From an uncultured Bacteroidota bacterium (lineage in GTDB: Bacteria; Bacteroidota; Bacteroidia; Flavobacteriales; Flavobacteriaceae), in assembly GCA_902581145.1 (NCBI GenBank), contig CACHNE010000002.1, positions 19,531 through 83,530 of the forward strand: a DNA stretch of 64,000 nucleotides. The letters are read 5' to 3'. This document shows, piece by piece, positions 60,087-64,000 of the stretch. Each line of letters begins with the position of its first letter. The first letter of the stretch is position 1. The notes under the pieces were generated by a model. That model was not told where the DNA came from. It did not search any database and saw only the letters and a list, made by a program, of their open reading frames with translations. The position numbers and the translations under genes were made by a program.

Positions 60087-60155
60087 TAGATATTTTGTAA
60101 GTAAATTTAGTACTAACAAATATCAAAAATATCACTTTATAATTAAAAAAAATTC

Positions 60156-62597
60156 ATGGCCTATTATGTTGACGTAATATTACCGATTGCTGTAAATCAA
60201 AAATTTACTTACATAATAAGTAAGGATGAATATGATTTTATTAAACCTGGAATGAGAATTATTGTTCCTTTTGGAAAATCGAAATTATATACATCTGTAT
60301 CATATAAAACTTATAATCATTATGAAAGTGATTATGAATTAAAATCTATTATTCAAATTATTGACGATCTGCCGGTTGTAAATAAATATCAATTGAAATT
60401 TTGGGATTGGGTATCCAGATATTATTTCACCTCAATTGGAGAGGTGATGCGAGCTTCTATACCTAGTAATTTGATTCTTCAGAGCGAAACAGTCTTAACC
60501 CTTAATAACGACAAAGAAATCGAAATGGGTGGCTTAAATGATTCTGAATACTTAGTTGTCGAAGCACTAAATATTAACAAGCAGCTTTCCGTTAAAGATG
60601 TTTCTGAAATTTTAGAGAAAAAGAACATTTTTTCAATTATAAATTCAATGAATGATAAGGAATTAATTAGGGTTGATGAAAAAATATATTCAAAGTATAA
60701 GCCCAAGCTTAAAAGATGCGTAAGACTACATAAGGATTTTGATAATAATTCTGATATATCAAAATTAAAGAATGCCAAAGTTCAAATCCAATTTTTAGAT
60801 TTTTATAATAAGCTCAAAAATGATTTAGTTAAAGACATAAAAACTTCAGAGTTTAAAAAAATTAAAAAGGGCTATTCTGCTATTTTGAATAGCATGGTCA
60901 AGAAAAAGATATTTGAATTCTACGAAATTGAAATAAAAAGAAACACGTTAGAAGAAAATATTGATTACAATAACTTAATATTATCACCAAAACAACAAAA
61001 AGCATACGAAAAAATAAAAGATGAGTTAAGTAATAAAAATAATATACTTTTTAAAGGAATAACCTCCTCGGGTAAAACAGAAATATATATCAACTTGATA
61101 AGAAATTTATTAATCTCCAAAAATCAGATTTTATTTTTAGTTCCCGAAATCGCATTAACAACTCAATTAGTAGAGAGACTAAAGGTTTTTTTCCCAAAAA
61201 ACTTACTTGTTTATCATTCAGGTCTTAATATTAATCAAAGGGCTGAGCTTTGGAATGAAATAAATAATAATGAACAACCTCAGCTTATAATTGGTGCTAG
61301 ATCAGCAATTTTTTTACCTTATAACCAGCTAAAATTAATAATTGTTGATGAAGAGCATGAACAATCATATAAACAATATGAGCCTTCTCCTAGATATCAT
61401 GCCAGGGATTCAGCTTTGGTGCTTGGAAATATACATGACTCAAGGGTTTTGTTAGGGTCAGCAACTCCGTCAATTGAAAGTTATTATAATTCAAAAATAT
61501 CCAAAAAATTATCCTTAGTTGAACTCAATGAAAGATATGGTAATATACCTCTTCCACAACTTAAATTAATAAACATTTCTGAAAAAATAAAAGAAGGAAA
61601 TATGTTTGGTCTTTTCTCAGATCTTTTATTAAAAAAAATTAAGGAAGTTGTTGAAAATAAAAAACAGGTTATTTTATTTCAAAATCGAAGGGGGTACTCA
61701 CCGGTATTAGAGTGTAATTCTTGTGGACACTCACCAAAATGTATTAACTGTGATGTTACATTGACCTATCATTATTCAAAAAAACTAATGAAATGTCATT
61801 ATTGTGGATTCTCTGAGAAGGCAAATAATAATTGCATAAAATGTAATAGTGATGACTTGCTGTCCAAAGGATTTGGAACTGAACAGGTTGAGCTTGAACT
61901 TGGTGAAATTTTTCCAGATTTTAAGATAGCTAGGTTAGATCATGATACAACAAGAGCCAAAAATAATTTTAAGAAAATAATTAATGCATTTGATAATAAT
62001 GAATATGATGTATTAATCGGAACACAAATGATAACGAAAGGATTAGATTTCAAGAACGTCCAATTGGTGGGTGTGTTAAATCTTGATAGTTCGATGAATT
62101 TTCCTGATTTCAGGTCTCATGAGAGGAGTTTTCAATTAATTCAGCAAGTTTCAGGAAGGGCTGGTAGATCAGAAGAGCGAGGAGAGGTTTTGATACAAAC
62201 ATACAGTTCAAATAGCAATGTTATTAACCAAATTGTTGAAGGTAATTATGAATTTTTTTATAGAGATCAAATTGAAGACAGAAAAAAATTTAATTATCCA
62301 CCATATGTAAAACTTATCAAAATTACGATTAAACATAAAGATATAAATAGGGTAAATAATTCATCAAACTGGTTCTACAAAAAGATACTTCCTTACTTTA
62401 AAAAAAATATACTTGGCCCTGAATTTCCTTATATTTCAAGAATTAGAAATAAATATCAAAAAAATATTCTTATTAAGATACCTGCTGAACAATCTTTGTC
62501 TGGGGTTAAAAACATATTGAAAAAATCAATTTTATCATTCCATTCTATTGCCGATTTTAGATCAGTGCAAGTGGTTATTGACGTTGATCCATATTAG
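60156..62597 (+). CDS. priA: primosomal replication-restart helicase PriA
   Basis: 813 aa. Walker A GITSSGKTE, DEEH box, Cys-rich zinc insertion (CNSCGHSPKCINCDVTLTYH...CHYCG), GRAGR. Confidence 0.95.
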   Translation: MAYYVDVILPIAVNQKFTYIISKDEYDFIKPGMRIIVPFGKSKLYTSVSYKTYNHYESDYELKSIIQIIDDLPVVNKYQLKFWDWVSRYYFTSIGEVMRASIPSNLILQSETVLTLNNDKEIEMGGLNDSEYLVVEALNINKQLSVKDVSEILEKKNIFSIINSMNDKELIRVDEKIYSKYKPKLKRCVRLHKDFDNNSDISKLKNAKVQIQFLDFYNKLKNDLVKDIKTSEFKKIKKGYSAILNSMVKKKIFEFYEIEIKRNTLEENIDYNNLILSPKQQKAYEKIKDELSNKNNILFKGITSSGKTEIYINLIRNLLISKNQILFLVPEIALTTQLVERLKVFFPKNLLVYHSGLNINQRAELWNEINNNEQPQLIIGARSAIFLPYNQLKLIIVDEEHEQSYKQYEPSPRYHARDSALVLGNIHDSRVLLGSATPSIESYYNSKISKKLSLVELNERYGNIPLPQLKLINISEKIKEGNMFGLFSDLLLKKIKEVVENKKQVILFQNRRGYSPVLECNSCGHSPKCINCDVTLTYHYSKKLMKCHYCGFSEKANNNCIKCNSDDLLSKGFGTEQVELELGEIFPDFKIARLDHDTTRAKNNFKKIINAFDNNEYDVLIGTQMITKGLDFKNVQLVGVLNLDSSMNFPDFRSHERSFQLIQQVSGRAGRSEERGEVLIQTYSSNSNVINQIVEGNYEFFYRDQIEDRKKFNYPPYVKLIKITIKHKDINRVNNSSNWFYKKILPYFKKNILGPEFPYISRIRNKYQKNILIKIPAEQSLSGVKNILKKSILSFHSIADFRSVQVVIDVDPY

Positions 62598-62665
62598 CAG
62601 ATTTGTTCTGATTTTAATCTGAATTTTTACTCCTCAAGTAAATAAAAAGTATTAAATATTAAATA

Positions 62666-62687
62666 TTTGACACTAAAAATTGTCAAA
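62666..62687. repeat. 7-bp perfect inverted repeat upstream of rpsF
   Basis: tttgaca (62666..62672) and tgtcaaa (62681..62687), 8-nt spacer. Overlaps the putative -33 element. Confidence 0.45.
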
Positions 62688-62711
62688 ACATTATAAAATT
62701 ATCTATTTTTG
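62680..62711 (+). promoter_or_regulatory. candidate promoter of rpsF-rpsR-rplI
   Basis: TAttTTTG at 62704..62711. Upstream TTG at 62680..62682 (21-nt spacer, slightly long). Confidence 0.5.
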
Positions 62712-62737
62712 CACGCATTAAATTTAAAAACAATAAA

Positions 62738-63079
62738 ATGAATCATTACGAAACTGTTTTCATTCTTAATCCCGTTTTGTCTGAAGAACAGACAAAGGAA
62801 ACAGTCCTAAAATATGAGAAATTTTTAACATCGAAAGGTGCAAAAATGGTATCTAAAGAGGATTGGGGACTTAAGAAGTTAGCTTACCCAATTCAGAACA
62901 AAAAGAGTGGGTTTTACCACCTTTTTGAGTATACTGTAGATCCAACTGTCATTTCTGATCTTGAGTTAGAATTTAGAAGAGATGAAAGGTTTATGAGATA
63001 TCTTACTGTAAAGCTTGATAAGCATGCTATTGAGTGGGCTGAAAAAAGAAGAACTAAAATTAACAACAAAGAATCATAA
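62738..63079 (+). CDS. rpsF: 30S ribosomal protein S6
   Basis: 113 aa. [12 protein letters not shown]... and GLKKLAYPI. Confidence 0.95.
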   Translation: MNHYETVFILNPVLSEEQTKETVLKYEKFLTSKGAKMVSKEDWGLKKLAYPIQNKKSGFYHLFEYTVDPTVISDLELEFRRDERFMRYLTVKLDKHAIEWAEKRRTKINNKES

Positions 63080-63081
63080 TT

Positions 63082-63378
63082 ATGGCAAGTATTCAAGACG
63101 AAGCATCAGGAAAAAAAGGTGGTGAAATAAGATATTTAACCCCTCTGAATATTGATAACAGTACGGTTAAAAAGTATTGTAGATTTAAAAAATATGGAAT
63201 AAAGTATGTGGATTATAAAGATTCAGATTTTTTATTAAAATTTATAAATGAGCAAGGTAAGTTATTGCCGAGAAGATTGACAGGAACTTCATTGAAGTAT
63301 CAGAGAAAGGTTTCAGTTGCGGTTAAAAGGGCAAGACATTTAGCTCTTCTGCCATATGTTGCTGATTTATTAAAATAA
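63082..63378 (+). CDS. rpsR: 30S ribosomal protein S18
   Basis: 98 aa. DYKD...L.KFI...[10 protein letters not shown]...QRKV..AVKRAR.LALLPY. Confidence 0.95.
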   Translation: MASIQDEASGKKGGEIRYLTPLNIDNSTVKKYCRFKKYGIKYVDYKDSDFLLKFINEQGKLLPRRLTGTSLKYQRKVSVAVKRARHLALLPYVADLLK

Positions 63379-63388
63379 AATTGACGAT

Positions 63389-63841
63389 ATGGAAATAATA
63401 TTAAAAAAAGATGTTGAGGGAGTTGGATTCAAGGATGATATAGTATCCGTTAAAAACGGTTTTGGAAGAAACTTTCTTATTCCTAACGGTTCTGCAATTC
63501 TTGCAACACCTTCAGCAAAAAAAGTGTTAGCAGAAAATATTAAACAACAGGTTGTTAAAGACAAAAAGGTAATTGATGACGCAAATAAACTTGCTAAAAA
63601 GATAAATAGTCTTGAAATAAAAATTAAGGCTAAAGTTGGTGAGGGAGTAAAGCTATTTGGTTCTGTTAATAACATAAATGTTCAAAAAGAACTTGCAGAA
63701 AGCGGAGTTGAAATTGATAAAAAGTCTATAATGATTTCTGGAAACAACATAAAACAAACAGGAAAATATACTGCAAAAATTAGGTTACATCGTGAGGTAA
63801 TTTTTGATTTTCCTTTTGAAGTAGTTCCAGAAAAAAAATAG
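63389..63841 (+). CDS. rplI: 50S ribosomal protein L9
   Basis: 150 aa. MEIILKKDVEGVGFKDDIVSVKNGFGRNFLIP. Confidence 0.95.
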   Translation: MEIILKKDVEGVGFKDDIVSVKNGFGRNFLIPNGSAILATPSAKKVLAENIKQQVVKDKKVIDDANKLAKKINSLEIKIKAKVGEGVKLFGSVNNINVQKELAESGVEIDKKSIMISGNNIKQTGKYTAKIRLHREVIFDFPFEVVPEKK

Positions 63842-63860
63842 ATATATAATATTCGAAAAT

Positions 63861-63892
63861 AAAAACACCTGCTTCAGTAGGTGTTTTTTTTT
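63861..63892 (+). terminator. intrinsic terminator after rplI
   Basis: Stem acacctgc (63865..63872) / gtaggtgt (63877..63884) with one G-U pair, loop ttca, then a T-run to 63892. Upstream A-run. Confidence 0.8.
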
Positions 63893-63917
63893 AATTTAAC
63901 TTAAATTTAATCGAGAA

Positions 63918-64000
63918 ATGCAAAAGCCAATTTTACCTAAAGGTACAAGAGACTTTAATTCTGAGGAATTATATAAAAGAAATTATATAATTAACATAAT
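63918..64000 (+). CDS. hisS: histidine--tRNA ligase, first 27 codons (gene continues off the right edge)
   Basis: ATG at 63918. [27 protein letters not shown]; the PKGTRDF...E motif is typical of HisRS N-termini. Confidence 0.6.
   Translation, partial: MQKPILPKGTRDFNSEELYKRNYIINI

Noticed and set aside
62598-62628. Weak hairpin (cagatt / aatctg, 12-nt loop) followed by aattttt just after priA, as a possible terminator
   Set aside because: The stem is only 6 bp with 2 G-C pairs, the loop is long and the T-tract is interrupted. That is too weak to call, although it may contribute to insulating rpsF from priA.
63370-63675. 101-aa - strand ORF
   Set aside because: Antisense to rplI (unambiguous L9). 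Shadow ORF.
1-64000. Search for CRISPR arrays, tRNA/rRNA genes, IS elements, integrases, prophage or defence-island genes, and toxin-antitoxin pairs
   Set aside because: No spacer is long enough or G+C-rich enough for a tRNA. I noticed no direct-repeat arrays or terminal inverted repeats flanking genes. Every ORF over 90 aa has a housekeeping or conserved-hypothetical assignment.

Overview
This is a 64 kb stretch of a very AT-rich (about 30% G+C by eye, not computed), extremely gene-dense chromosome. I assign it to a Flavobacteriia-type Bacteroidota genome. The grounds are a T9SS C-terminal sorting domain on a secreted peptidase, Bacteroidetes-style TTG / TAnnTTTG promoters, DUF4199/DUF5683/DUF3810/WbqC-type families, type-B L31, and rpsF-rpsR-rplI without ssb.

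I call 63 protein-coding genes. Two are partial at the window edges. One, rpmH (52 aa), is missing from the supplied track because it is under 60 aa. I also call 3 clear intrinsic terminators and a few promoter candidates. I moved several track start codons downstream where an N-terminal extension would overlap a neighbouring gene.

I found no rRNA, tRNA, CRISPR array, transposase, integrase, phage gene, or recognisable defence or toxin-antitoxin gene. The content is core housekeeping:
- purine synthesis: purA, purB, purL
- pyrimidine and nucleotide metabolism: carB, udk, ndk, rdgB
- replication, repair and segregation: recF, a DUF721/DciA-like gene, mutL, priA, rmuC, parAB
- translation: rpmE, rpmH, rpsF, rpsR, rplI, hisS, mtaB, rlmH, trmH
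- stringent response: an RSH protein
- methylmalonyl-CoA mutase and envelope functions

I did not find a convincing novel multi-gene system and will not claim one. The observations most worth a second look are:
1. A MutL whose C-terminal endonuclease metal-ligand motifs look substituted, translationally coupled to two rhomboids (the second lacking oxyanion-hole residues) and a membrane-anchored EEP nuclease/phosphatase.
2. A class-III aminotransferase whose apparently conserved N-terminal segment has no canonical start codon and sits in frame behind the upstream gene's stop.
3. A 326-nt gap, unusually long for this window, holding only an ATG-less, TTG-initiated small tail-anchored ORF.
4. Extreme compaction. 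Seven of nine convergent gene pairs overlap at their stops, and recognisable intrinsic terminators follow only ribosomal-protein genes.

All homology statements come from reading the translations and from memory of protein families. No database search was run.
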